Shown one piece after another: positions 10,922 through 23,750 of a DNA stretch of 64,000 bases. The notes beneath the pieces were generated by a model. The model was not told the DNA's origin, ran no database searches, and saw only the letters and a program-made list of their open reading frames with translations. The first letter of the stretch is position 1. Each line of letters opens with the position of its first letter. The stretch comes from Auanema rhodensis (taxonomy: Eukaryota > Animalia > Nematoda): NCBI GenBank assembly GCA_964057225.1, contig OZ059899.1, forward strand, positions 13,268,001 through 13,332,000, written 5' to 3'. Position numbers and translations under genes: made by a program.

Positions 10922-13052
10922 ATGGATTTGATAATTCTCAAACTTATTCTGATATCAATTATGATAATTGGAACCCTTTTTGTGGGTCTCCTGCCGATGA
11001 GAGTAAGTTTCTATTTTATTTAATATTTTGTATTTTATACAATTTATCGTTTTTATTTTACAACTTTGAACTCTGTTTCTTTGATGTATATATATATATA
11101 TATATTCCAAAATTAGGTTCTTCGTTATCTACGACACAGTGCTGCGAATGCGTCTTCATCCCAACAACATAAACATGTTTCTTTGGTACTTTGCTTGTTA
11201 ACTTGTTTCTCCGGAGGTTAATTTATTTATTTCAATAATCGCTAACTTATTGTTTCCTTCAGGAGTGTTCTTAGCAACTTGCTTCCTTCATTTGTTCCCC
11301 GAGCTTGTTGAAAATGTTTCTGATCTTGATAAGGTGGCAGTATTAAATTGAAACTTGTGGTTATCTATTTATTCAGAACTATAATTGGCATGTTGACTAT
11401 CCATTGGCTGAATTGCTGAGTTGTCTTGGATTCTTTTTACTTTTCTTCTTGGAAGAGGTAGAGTATATATATCTAAGAACGATGAATTTACAATATGTTT
11501 TAAGGTTGTTATTCTTGCAATTCCTTCTTTGGCTCATTCTCATTCTCATTCACATGGAGCTCATCATCCACACTCAGATCAGTATGTTCACAGTTTTTCA
11601 CAGTTTTTTAAAAAAATATCTAATTTTAGTGCACCTTTGCAAAGTGGATTGAATGAGAGTGGATGTTGTATGACGGGAGGATTCATGGTTCCCCTTCAAC
11701 AAACTCAAGATGTGCAAGGTAAACATTACTGACTTCTTAAGAAAACATTGAAAGTACGACTAATCGTTATATCGTATTAAGATTTCCCAGCCGATGTTTC
11801 TACCGGGAACATTTCTGATGATGATGTTGAAGCTGCGGGACATTGTCAAAGACACTGTCCTTTGACTGTTCATCAAGTTAAGAAAAGTACTGGACGTGAT
11901 ACACCAGAATGTGCTGTCCAGAACGAGTAGGTCTAGCTTATTTTATCACGAGTTTCTTGCTTCTTGGTTAGAAAAAGATATAGATCTACTGAATTACTCA
12001 TATCTCATCGTTCTTATGGCAGTATTGCATCAGATATTTCAAAACCCGAGTTTTCACGAAGTTTGAGTGCAGGCAATCGGTGAATTTTTGATTCGAAATT
12101 CTCCCTCGTGTTTGCCTACAGTCTCAATGTCCGTTGTTTTGTTCCGTTTCTATCTCTCTCTTCCTTATGTCAATTGCTCTTTATAACTTATCAGTTGTTT
12201 ATTGTACTATATTTAGGTTATTCCAACCTTTAGCTGTTGCGGAACCAGAAAGATGTGAAACCAATTGCGAAACTGGTATGATGCTTGTAACATTTGACAT
12301 TAAAAATTGAATATTAAATTTAGTTAATGAGGATCCTCCAATTCTGATGAAGTCTTCTCCCCATGCCCACTCTCACGGTGTCCGTTCAATTACCTTAGTT
12401 CTCGCTCTTTCAATCCATTCCATAATCGAAGGAGTAGCTCTTGGAGTTGGAGTTAGTTACATGACTTTTGTCCATCATAATATTGAATTTCACAGAATAA
12501 TGCTCCTGAAACCACTGCTCTGTTCTTGTCCTTATTGGTGCATAAGTTAATTGTAGCATTTTCCGTTGGTTTACAATTGAGCAGAACTCATGCTCATCAA
12601 TTGGGATGGGTAAGTAAAATTAGCGAAAATTGTATTTTATAATAATATTCTTCAGGTTTTTGTTTCTATGTTAACTCTCGCTTTAATGAGTCCTCTTGGA
12701 GCCATTATCGGAATGGTATTACAATCGGCCGCTAGTGCTAGTTTTGGAAAAGATTTAACGATAACAGTTTTACAAGGACTCGCTGTTGGAACTTTCTTAT
12801 ATGTTACTTTCTTCGAGGTTTTTATAAGTTTTAAAATTTTTATTTTTATTTGTTTTTCAGGTTTTACTCCATGAAAGAGATAATGAACATCCTAATTTGT
12901 TAAAACTTGTTGTTATGCTTGTTGGATTCGGGCTTATTGGTCTTTTACGTTTGATTGATAGTCACGACCATAATCATTCACACGGCAATGAAACGTTAGG
13001 CTCCAGTGCAATGGTCCACTCTATATCCACTGGACTTACGTCTGGGCATTAA
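10922..13052 (+). CDS. ZIP/SLC39 subfamily II zinc transporter (ZIP1/2/3-like, zipt-2 group)
   Basis: MDLIILKL...CFSGGVFLATCFLHLFPE...YPLAELLSCLGFFLLFFLEE, a His-rich loop (HSHSHSHGAHHPH), TM4 LALSIHSIIEGVALG, TM5 LVHKLIVAFSVG, MSPLG, LQGLAVGTFLYVTFFEVL. Stop TAA at 13050-13052. Confidence 0.95.
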
Positions 13053-15224
13053 AACAATTCTCGGTGTTTCTTGATATTTTTGCTCTAGTCGAGAATCTAT
13101 TTTGACAATTAGTTTTACATTTTGATATTATGTTTCTGTTGACACTCGCAATTTTTAACGTTTGCATGGCTTCACTTATCTTTGTTCATTTAATTCCTTC
13201 ATCAGTTATTCTTTTAATCCTTCATTAGAGCTTTATTCTACTGATTCTTCTTTACGGTTTTCCGAACCCAGGCAAATACCAATCATTGTTGTTTCTTTCG
13301 TATATTGATGTATATTGACTTTTTATGTCTTTATACATAAGGCATATACATATAATTTAAAATTAGAAGACCTATATAAATTTTGTATATCGATTGGTTG
13401 TCAGGGAATTTTTCGTTGTCCTGTATTAATTTTGGGTAAACATAATCGATTGTTTCAGTTGTAATAAATGTTGTTAACTTCCTAATCTATAATTGTTCCT
13501 TGCGACGTATTTTTATTAAAATAAAAAAAGCCAGGGTGTGAAAGACTGGATGCCTTACTGAAGGTTTTGCATTATTTGATCATGTCATTTCCTGCCTGAA
13601 GCAAAATTCAAAGTTCGTGAGGTTACAAGTGTGGGAAAGTTTGGAAAAAACTTCTATTCCTTATGACTTCTTTGCTCCCTGATGTCTCAGATATGAAGAT
13701 CATGGCTATGTGTAGAATTCATAATACGACTTTTCGAATAACTGAGTAAGCTTTTTGTTCTTCTTCTTCTGATGTTGCTGACCCTCTTTTCGAAGCTCAC
13801 TATTTAACCTGAAAATCTCAGCTTTTCCCTAAACCTTGTGAGCTGATTTGTTTATGCATATGTCGTCGTCAATAATCTTCGAGTTGAATGTTCTTTTTTT
13901 AGTCGATTGGCAAAAAAAAAGGAAAGAATGAAAAAAGCAGTTTCATCTCGTATTTTTTCTCCTTCTTTCTTTCAGTTGTTTTGTGCTTGTTAGGGCATGG
14001 AACACGAGATTTGCCTTCTTTTTCGTCTTTTGTCGTTGTCGTCTTTCGTCAACTCTTCGATAAGCTGCTTGCTTTCTCTCCTTCATCCCTTTTCTCAGCA
14101 TTCGGCAATGCTCCTCATTTTGAACCTACCGCTCTACATGGCAATTGATAAACTTTATAATATATTCGTTTTAGCTATCATTTCTTCGTTCTACTCCATT
14201 TTCTTGAATGTTCATTTTAAAAAACTCATACAGTATGAAGTCGTTATATCCATTGGGAGTTGGAGATGGAAAAAAATTAGTGGTCGACAGATGGCAATGA
14301 AGCAAATTCAAGCATTGGAATAGGATTGAATGAAGCTTTGAGCTAATTTATTTCCAAAGAGTGGCTCGCTAACACGCTTTGATTAGGCGGAAAAAAACTT
14401 TACGATATCAATATAAGTGAACCTAGAAGCTTCCTAGCTGTTCCGTTATTTTTCTGTAATATTACTTTTAATGTTGTTACTAGCATAATCTGAATACTAT
14501 TTGAGCTTTTTATTTAATTTTCTTATTTTTAGCCCAAAAAAGCAATAAAATAGCTGAAATTGATTTTTGGGGTAATCGTATTTTCTATTATTTCGTTTAT
14601 CTGTTTCAATATTTCAATTTTACTTCAAACTCTCATCTGCCGCTCTCCCTTTTTGTATTTCCTTCTTCATGTTCAATTTTCTACTTTCTTTGCTTCTCTT
14701 GGACGACAAGTTTCACAAAATTCTTCGTGTTACTCTGGACACTTCTTGTTGCTTACTATGGATTAAGTACCGCTGAATAAGAATAGCGGAAGCTAGTTGG
14801 TCCCGGGACGTCTTCTGATAATCCCATTTTCGCCCAATTCCATATCCACTCACCCGCCTTATTGGAACCACATACAGAAAAGGAAACGTCAAAGAAGTAG
14901 AAGACACTTCATTTTACGCCTACTTTCCCTCATATGTATGGCTTCCGAATTGGTGAATGTTGTATTTCTTCCTTATCAATCGCTTCGAGCAATATTTTAC
15001 GTTTCTTTCAAAGCTTCTCAGCCATATTTGATTTTGTTTCTCATTTCATTTCGGCTTTTTAATTTATTTTTAATTGTTTGTTACCGTAATAGCTTTTTCT
15101 CGGGTTTAACCATTTTAAAGATCAATTCACCAAATTTTCAGGATAATTAGTAGGTCATATTGCGGATTTATCCCGAATTGGAGGCTTCACATCGTGTCGC
15201 CTCGATGAGAACACGTACTCTCAC

Positions 15225-17533
15225 ATGCGAACAGAGCTGCTCACCCTGTTATTGGGTATGTATAACTTTTAAATAAAAAAAAACTCACAACAAACTCTTA
15301 CGGTGGTTTTATGAATTTACGATTAATTCATAGTTCATATTGATGCCGTTTTATTTATTTTTTTTTCAATTTTTATCTTTTGATACCCGTGCAAATTCAA
15401 TTTCTTTGAGCTCTTTTTTATTTTTGAGTGTAAACAAGGCAAAAAGTTCAAAACAACTCTTGTTATTCAGGAGGGAACTTGAAAGCCTTTCTACTTAACT
15501 ATTAAATATATATCCGTTCTTAACGTTTTTGATAACTTTTCAACGAAAAAGGGGAATTTTTTCCGCCGTTAGTGTTGCAGAGTACAAAATGCCGAGCTAA
15601 TACATATGCTAATGCAAATGCTAATACGATGCAAGTCACGTGAAACCATTTTTACGTGACTAAAATTTAAACCAGCGTCTTATTGAATTTTAAAAAGTTT
15701 TGCAGCAATATCCGGTTGTGCATGGACTCACATTTTGGAAATATGCTTTGCTAATTTTTCTAATTGCAGGAGTAGTGCTAGTTCAAGTGTGGTGTGCAGA
15801 TAAATGTGCTGCACTACTTGGAGTTGGTCTTCCCCGAGACTCTTTCGCAAGTCCTCAATATCCCGGTTCTTTATTCTTTTTCATTTCAACATTAATTTTC
15901 TACTTTTAAGACGCTTATCCTCCAAATCAGGATTGTGTACGAACAATCCGCTCTACCTCTCCAGGGTATGATATGCGAGTAGTTTTCAAAGAGTACTTCC
16001 AGGTACAAAATGTTTGCTAGCAATTCAAAACAACTATTATTCAGATCGAAACATCATATGATGGTATCAGAAATATTAATGATGTTACATCAGACTGTCC
16101 AAACGATTTTCTAGTGAGTTCATTAGAAATTGAAAACTTTCAATCTATTGTTACAGGAGTTTCGAGACGGTCGTTATGGCTTTTCTCCATTGCTTGGTCG
16201 TTTCTGTGGTATGCAACTGCCTTCCGAAAATATATTAGCTAAATCTGGTTTGGCTTTCTGAACGTATACTTATTAACTTTAATTCATAATTAGGGTATTT
16301 GTGGATTAGATTCCGTTCTGATGATCAACTACAATATCGCGGGTTTTTAGCTAATCTCGAATTAGTTCGTTCCAAAAATCATAATTCTCCAAAACATTTT
16401 GGTAAGCTCATAACTCTAGCTTTAATTCAATTTACTTTTAGAATGTCACTTTGACAAACTTGGAGGACTGGATGGCACAGTTAATATCCGTAGTCTGACA
16501 GATGCAATTGTGAGACGTCTTATTAGAAGAAGTAAATAAACTTTTAGTTACAGGATCCTGGTAGTCCGTTGGATTGCGTTTGGAAAATACAAGTTGATCC
16601 ATTTTATCATATAGTATTCTATATGAATGAATTCAATCTTAAATTTCCTAATCAATGTGGTCAAAACTTTATTGAAATATATTCTGGAGAGAAGTCAAAC
16701 CAGCCAATACGAAAGTATGCATACGAGTTACAATATGATCAAGATCATACAATTTAGGTTTTGTGGCCTATCTGCTTCAACTGTCTTTACTTCGCATCAT
16801 CAGATGTATGTTCGTGTTTATTTATCTTCGTCAACTTATCTAAACGATACTTCATTTCATGGAATGTATTCAGCTTATTACAGACGTCAGTTATATTATA
16901 TTATTATACGAAATATATTTATATACATATTCAGTCTTCGAACATCTCAATTTACATTTTATTTATAGATAAAAATTGTTCTGCTCATTCGATGCTCAGT
17001 TGTGGTGATGAAAATTGTATTCCTGCTGCCTTGGCTTGTAATCAACGAAATAATTGTCCATATGGACGTGATGAAGTAAACTGCCATGTTGGTAAGTTCT
17101 GTGCCAACTGAAGAATAACGTACTATTTCACTATTTTAGCTCATGATCTTGTTGTTCGTCTAGTCACATCTTCATATACGCCTCTAATTTTCATAGTTAT
17201 TGCTGTATTTTTCGTTGTATCTCTCCTAGTTATCTGGAGCATACATACCAGATCATTTTGCCGTCGACGTACTACAAGGTTTCTGATGTTTTTGAGCGGA
17301 ACTAAACTAATTTCTCTAAATTTAGTTATGCTGAATATCTGAGTGAATTGAGTCAGAGGCCTCTTCAACAGTTCATGGGATGCCCCCGAGGTGTTTCGGG
17401 TTTGGCAAGCCTGAATATAAACAATATTAGTAATAATAATAACAATCATCATCATAATAACAATAATCATAACCATAACAATGTTAATAATAATAATAAT
17501 ATAGCTAATGGTAATTGTGGAAATTATAACTGA
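15225..17533 (+). CDS. NETO-family ionotropic glutamate receptor auxiliary subunit (SOL-2/NETO-1-like): SP-CUB-CUB-LDLa-TM. Alternative end at 17783 if 17511-17772 is spliced out
   Basis: [11 protein letters not shown]|VVLVQVWC signal peptide; [16 protein letters not shown]; [16 protein letters not shown] and [16 protein letters not shown] (NETO CUB1 signature); DCVWKI (CUB2); [25 protein letters not shown] (LDLa); [20 protein letters not shown]; Asn/His-rich tail. Confidence 0.88.
17416..17505 (+). repeat. AAT/AAC/CAT trinucleotide tract encoding poly-Asn/His in the NETO cytoplasmic tail
   Basis: Translates as [30 protein letters not shown]. Confidence 0.85.
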
Positions 17534-17550
17534 AGTTTCCTTTTTTTAAA

Positions 17551-17650
17551 TCTCTCTCTCTCTCTCTCTCTCTCATTCTCTCTCTCTCTCTCATTCTCTC
17601 TCTCTCTCTCATTCTCTCTCTCTCTCTCATTCTCTCTATCTCTCTCTCAT

Positions 17651-17688
<38 letters not shown>
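17551..17688 (+). repeat. Compound (CT)n microsatellite with an ~18-nt higher-order period (CTCTCTCTCTCTCTCATT)
   Basis: Read directly from the sequence; CATT interruptions are regularly spaced. Confidence 0.95.
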
Positions 17689-19258
17689 CATATAAACTTC
17701 AAAAAAGTGCCTTTCAATTTTAAAACTAATATCTTTTTATAAATACTTTTAGCTTATGAATAATTAATTTAGGTTCACCTTAATTATTCCATGTTTTTTC
17801 TCATTATATAAATAATTTAGTTTTTGTTGTGATAATTTCCTTTTTTCGTTTTATAAACATGATTTAGATTATTTTTTTTTTTAAAATGTAAGTATACAAA
17901 GAGACAGATAAAACGACAGGCAGATATTTCAAAATTTACACGACCTCTCAACTATGAGGATTATTTCAATTTTTTTTTCTCTTAACTCACTCATGTGCGC
18001 TCTTGCCGCAACTCTCGTGCTGCCTATGTAGAGGCCTTACCGCCTTTGAAAAAAATGGCAAGGTGTCGACTAAAGAAATGGAAAAGCAAATAGAAAGAAA
18101 AAAACGATATTGAAGAGAGTGAGAGAAAAAGCTAGAAATAACGGTTGAATGAGAGTATAGATGAGGTTTGGACAATAACATGATCAATCTCAACGTTACC
18201 AATTTCCGAAATAAAAAAAAACTGTTTCAACTTCCGGGTATCATTCACATCAGATAACCAATCCATGTTTGGAAAGTATAAATCAAGAAGTTCAAAAACC
18301 AACTTGTATTGCTCGAGGAATGTCAATGTTTTCTTACTCAATCTCAACTATTTATCAATCTTCCAATATTCATTATATGCCTTAGTTTATCGTCGGATAA
18401 CTATATTTATTTCAATTTAACAAATAAGTTACGTTAAGCTGAAATTCAGGTTAAAGATGGTAGATCCGCCGCAAATATCGAATATGTAAACTTTGGTTTA
18501 AACTCGGGTTTGAATCATTGCCACAGTTAGCTTCTGATGTATAACCTTCAGCATTTATTATCTCTCTCTCTCTTTCTCTCTCTCTTTTTCTTTCTCTCTC
18601 TCTATCTCTCCCTCTTTCTATCTTCCTCTCTTCCTGGTGGATTGTCTTTAGTTCTTTTACTATCTTTGCTCTGTTCTTTATCTAATTTACTATTTCTTTT
18701 GCTTCTATGCCTTCACAGTGCAAACCGTAGACACGAGTTTGCATTGCCACAGAACTGTCTTCCACTGTCTGATTGTCTGCTGATCTCCTGTGTTGATCAA
18801 CTATTTCAGATACTGTCTCTCTGTTTGCAGTGCCTATCCCCGCCTGTCCCGACCAACTAGTACCTAATCTTCGTCTCTTTCATTTTTTCTCTCTCTTTTT
18901 ATATTTGGATATTAAGTTTTGTTTTATATTATTTTAGATGAGATTTATGAAAACATTTGAAAATCATATATGAATTTGCTGTTGATATATACATCTTATC
19001 TATAGTTTATGTGATTAAAGTTTTACGAAATAGAATAGATGGATAGATATTTAACCTAAGATGACTCACTTCTTTCTAAAACCATATCATGTGCAGACAC
19101 GTCTAAGCATATTTCTTCTGATATTCGGGAAAATATTTTGATTTGTTCTATCTACGATTTGATATTTTGTTTTAGAAGTTGAACGACATCTGCAAATTTA
19201 AGAAGAAAATTCGAAAACTAATTAACTGCACTGTACCTTGTGTTCAAACGTCATCTTC

Positions 19259-20862
19259 ATGTCTATCCCTATCCGGACGATAGAATCAGATGACATAGTC
19301 ATGTCATCTCTTGAAGAATCTTCTTCAGGTAAAATTAAATATTAAGGGATCAATACTATCCATTTTGTAGTTTTGGATTGCAATCTAACTACAGCTACTA
19401 GCACTGTATCGTCTATGTCATCATTAGCTAAAATGTATTCTCCTACTACATATTCGGTGGAATGTCCACGTTCTGAAGATGAGGACTTTGTGGATCAGCC
19501 ATCCACCTCATCTGCTACTCCTCAAGTTTTAGGAACCGCACCTACGACGGCATTTCAGCCATACATGAATCAGAACAGAACTATTGACCCCATTCTACAG
19601 GTATACAAGCTTGTTCATTGTTTGTTTTTACGTCTCTTTTTAAAAGAAAAATGACCCAAATGAAAAAAAAAAGAAGTTTACAAACATTATGTTATCATAT
19701 TCACCCAGTTGACTGATATTGTTGTTCTGATGATGATGCTGATGATCAAAACCAATATCCCCAATCAATATATTCATTTGTTTGCTCACGGTCGTTCGGT
19801 CTTTTACCCATCACTATTTTCCTTTTTAATATCGTTTAACAGCTGAGCTGATAGCTAAGCTCTGAATCAGCTTTAAACGAAAACACTGGAAACATTTGTA
19901 TAGCCAAGGGTTTACTATTGTAAATATATACATAATCATAATAAGTTAGTAATGTAAGTGAAAAAGGAAGGATGGGGGTTAGATCTAGAAAGTTACATCA
20001 GTCAATGATTCTAAGGCAATGAATTACTTTAGCTTTGAACTAACTGTATACTAAAGAATATCACAATATAACATCCATTTCAGGAAATGCTCCTCTCTTC
20101 ACCGTCACATCTTTTCAACGTTGGTCTGCTTCCAGCTGATGCCCTTGTATCATCTTGGGAACAATGGCTCTGCTTATTAGCTTCAAATTTAACTCCAACA
20201 CAATGGCAGGTTTGTATAAAACATGTTGCTCTTTTATTTTTCCTCAATTTCACTATTCCCTGTTATCATATTTAATATATTTATAATTTAATAGTAAATA
20301 TGAAATATAATAACTTTTGGTACAAAAAGAAAAAAAAAACAACCGCTCTCACATAATATTATTAGAAAAATAATATTTTATATGCAAATATCTGAAGGGC
20401 AAAGTGACGTAGAGTAACACTAGCACGTTCACGTTTCATTCCAAATTTATTTTGAATTTTTAAACAAAACTATATGATGATAAGGATTTTAATAAACAAG
20501 CATATTAACACACTTTGAAATTTAACTATGCAATAAGTTAGTATAAATATAGTATATCATAGTATACTATGATAGCTCTCTCATATCATATCAACATTGT
20601 GATCAAGTTTGCAGAACAAACGTAACTGTTTCTATTTGTCAAGTTTAATATTTTTTTTTGGGATTTTTTTGAACAACATCAAAGTTTAAATTATAATCAA
20701 TTTTTGTTTCAGAATTATTGGAATGCTTATGCTACTGTGTTTGGTGTTGCTTCCGTCCCGGTGCATCTTCTCTCATTCTTTCGACAATCATTACCAAATC
20801 AGACGATAGATTATGCGTATGGCATTGACACAACTAATAATCAATATGCATATTATAGTTAG
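19259..20862 (+). CDS. Small nematode-specific protein (~191 aa), probable orthologue of C. elegans ZK909.6 ('CES-2 region pioneer')
   Basis: Exons 19259-19328, 19371-19600, 20084-20209 and 20713-20862 join in frame: ...KMYSPTTYSVE...LFNVGLLPADALVSSWEQWLCLLASNLTPTQWQNYWNAYATVFGVASVPVHLLSFFRQ. This resembles the recalled ZK909.6 motifs YSPASYSID and LFSVGLLP..EQWL..VPPHVLNFF. AATAAA at 20878-20883. Confidence 0.75.
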
Positions 20863-21856
20863 TTTAATTATATTTTAAATAAACAAAAAAAACAAATATT
20901 TAATATGATTATAATAATTCTTCCATGGGTTGCTCTTTCTTCACGTTCACAATCGTTTTTGGGCTGTTTTCAAATTAGCTTTTTTAGCATCTGTAGCTGC
21001 TTCTAGAGCTAAAACGAAATTGAAAGAAAGATAACTGGTGGAATTGAATTGAAAAACTAAATTTGCAACATATCCTATAATAGAAGCACACCTACCCAAT
21101 AATCACATGGAAACTACTGCAATATTGATGATAATACACTATATGTCGTATACGTCATACAAAAAATGTTTTTTAAAATTTAAAATTATATATTATGTGA
21201 TAGTGTGCCTTCCCAGTGCAAACTACTACAATTACAATTACTATTACTACTTCTACTACTATTACTAAACTTCAATTGCTTGACTGTACTTGGCATCATG
21301 TATGACTATTGATTAAGCTAGTAAAAGCTTCATGTCTTATTATAGTAATTCTATAATTTCATTTATAAAAGTAGTTTCACTGTATCATCATCAGTATACT
21401 ATTGACGTACTATTCTCATCTCACCTTATTTCAACTCATGTATGAAGCTATATTCAGTAGTTTTTCTATAATTTGGCTTTTTATCTCTTATACGCATGTA
21501 TCATCACACACATACTTCTGTTTTTAATTCAATTTTTATATATTTTCATTTTAGAAAATATTTTGTTGTGATTAATATCAGTTTAAATATATTTATCAGT
21601 TGCCTAGTGACACAGTTTGGTGAATATGTTTAAGACTAAAAGAAATTTTTTCAACTTTCATATGATTCTCGCTTGTCTGCTTCTTATGAAACAAGCGTAA
21701 GCAGCTTATGCTTCATATGCTGTGAAATCGCTTAGTATATTACCTTGCTAGATAGATACACAGGTATCTACTTCATGTATTTTATTGAATTTCGCATAAA
21801 CATTAGAGTTATTGGCTTGGTCTCAAGATCATGCTTATACATTTACCTTTTCAATC

Positions 21857-21858
<2 letters not shown>

Positions 21859-21902
<44 letters not shown>
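21859..21902 (+). repeat. (CT)n microsatellite
   Basis: Perfect dinucleotide run. Confidence 0.95.
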
Positions 21903-21907
<5 letters not shown>

Positions 21908-23750
21908 ATGTTCTCTTCTACATTCCCTTTCCTTCTTTTTGTCTGTTCTTTTTTTTTCTCATCCACTTTCTATTCTATAACTTTTTCATTTTTTGAATGA
22001 TATTCACATACCTTTATATTCTTTTTTCTCTTATTATGCTTTTTCAATATCTCAATAAGAAATCGTTTTTACCGTCTTTTCTACTACAAGTATGATGAGG
22101 TAGTGAGTGAAAGAATCAAAAGGTAAATTAACGTCTTGTAATTCTGTTGTATGATGGCGTTCCAGCAATCACACATCTGGCATCATCGCATTCATAACAT
22201 CTTTTAGATCAATTTTTATTGAAAAATGTATGTCGTCATTAAAACCTTTGTTCAAACTAATTTGTTTCTTCAATTTCACTTTCTCAGAATAATCGCTTAT
22301 TATAATTTCATTTTTTGAAATAAAAAATTTCATATGACATGCCAAAGTGCAACAGGCAATGAGAGATAACAGCTTAGAGCACTTTGCGAAAATGACTTTT
22401 TCGAATAAAAAATGTTGGACGTGAAGCGATTTTATTGTCATCAAGTTATTCTATTTTCTTCATTTTATACTACTTATGATATGATTTAGTGTGTTTTTGA
22501 TAGCAATAAACGAAAGTATTTCCGGAGGGCACAACAATTTTCGAGGATAAAAAGAGTTGAACTCAACTCTCCGTCCTGCTATCTTGCTACTCTCAATGTG
22601 CCATCATATCTTTTTTTAATCTCCGTCCAGGCTGCTTCATCTATGACACAGACTGAAGAGAAATTGAGAAAGAGCTAAACGAGAAATTATCGAAAAGTAG
22701 AGAAGAAATAAGAGATAATGAACCTGACAGACAAGCAGACTTATCCTTGAAATTTTCTCCAGCATTCCTATGAATCGTGATTCTAAAGAGTAAGAAGAGA
22801 AATGAGAGGATGCGAATGTGTTTGTAGCAAGCTGAAACGAATGGACAACCTCTTTTTCTTTTTTCTCTCTCTCTATCTATTTCTGTCTTTTTCTATATTT
22901 CAGTAATTTCTACATCATTCCTTTCTTCTTTACCCTATCACCTCATAGCACTTGTTGGGGTGGGTGGCCACCCACGACATCACTCTCTTTCATTTCTCTC
23001 TCTATCTCTCTCTCTCATTCTTATAAGGTTGTTAGATGTCTTCAGACGAATTATCTAGATTCTCTACTTTTCTAATATTTTCGTATTCGTTTAAAATGGT
23101 TTTTTAACATTCGCCTATCAGTTATTCCGATTTAGAGGTAGATACAAATGATGTTTTTCCAAGCTATTATTGAATATTTTAAATTTTTTAATAAATTTCT
23201 TATATATTTTTGTGAAGGATCATTTCGTTGAAGATATGAAGCTTTAAAGCAGCTTGTATCCGCTTCAGTCGTTTTATTAGTTTATCACCCATCTTATTCA
23301 TTCAATATCTCATTTTATTTCATTGATTTCGATTGTGTTCATTATGGTCAAGCTCATCATCTCCTCATTTTGATCAGAATTCCTCAGATATTTTCATTCT
23401 AGACAAAGCCGACATCATCGGAACAACTGACGTGTTCCGTGATTCTATTCAAAGAGCCGATTAAACGACCACGTTTCTTGCTCTGATATCGGAATCAAGA
23501 TATTGCAACGCTAGCATCAACAGATCTTTTTTCTACTTATCTCGATACCACTCCACATCCATCTGTTCCCTCTTTGTTCGACACAGTTGATTCCTCTTCT
23601 GCGTCGTCGTTGCCATCGTCGTTGCTTGTCGTCGTTCACGTATACTACAACATCGTCTTCAGCAAGCTAATTCGTCGTTCTTCTTCAACTAGCTAATTCA
23701 CAACTTCTGTTATTCTTTTCTAAGTACTCCAAAAGCCGAAGATACGAACT

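Noticed and set aside
13539-13561. TGAAAGAC miR-71-like seed
   Set aside because: The rest of the sequence does not match and there is no precursor hairpin.
18132-18347. Protein-like 71-aa minus-strand ORF (TFLEQYKLVFELLDLYFPNMDW...)
   Set aside because: Non-ATG start, no recognisable family and no clear flanking splice sites. A decayed transposon fragment cannot be excluded.
22096-22118. TGAGGTAG let-7-family seed
   Set aside because: No downstream arm able to form a pre-miRNA hairpin with it in the 5' position, and the 3' part matches no let-7 family member I recall.
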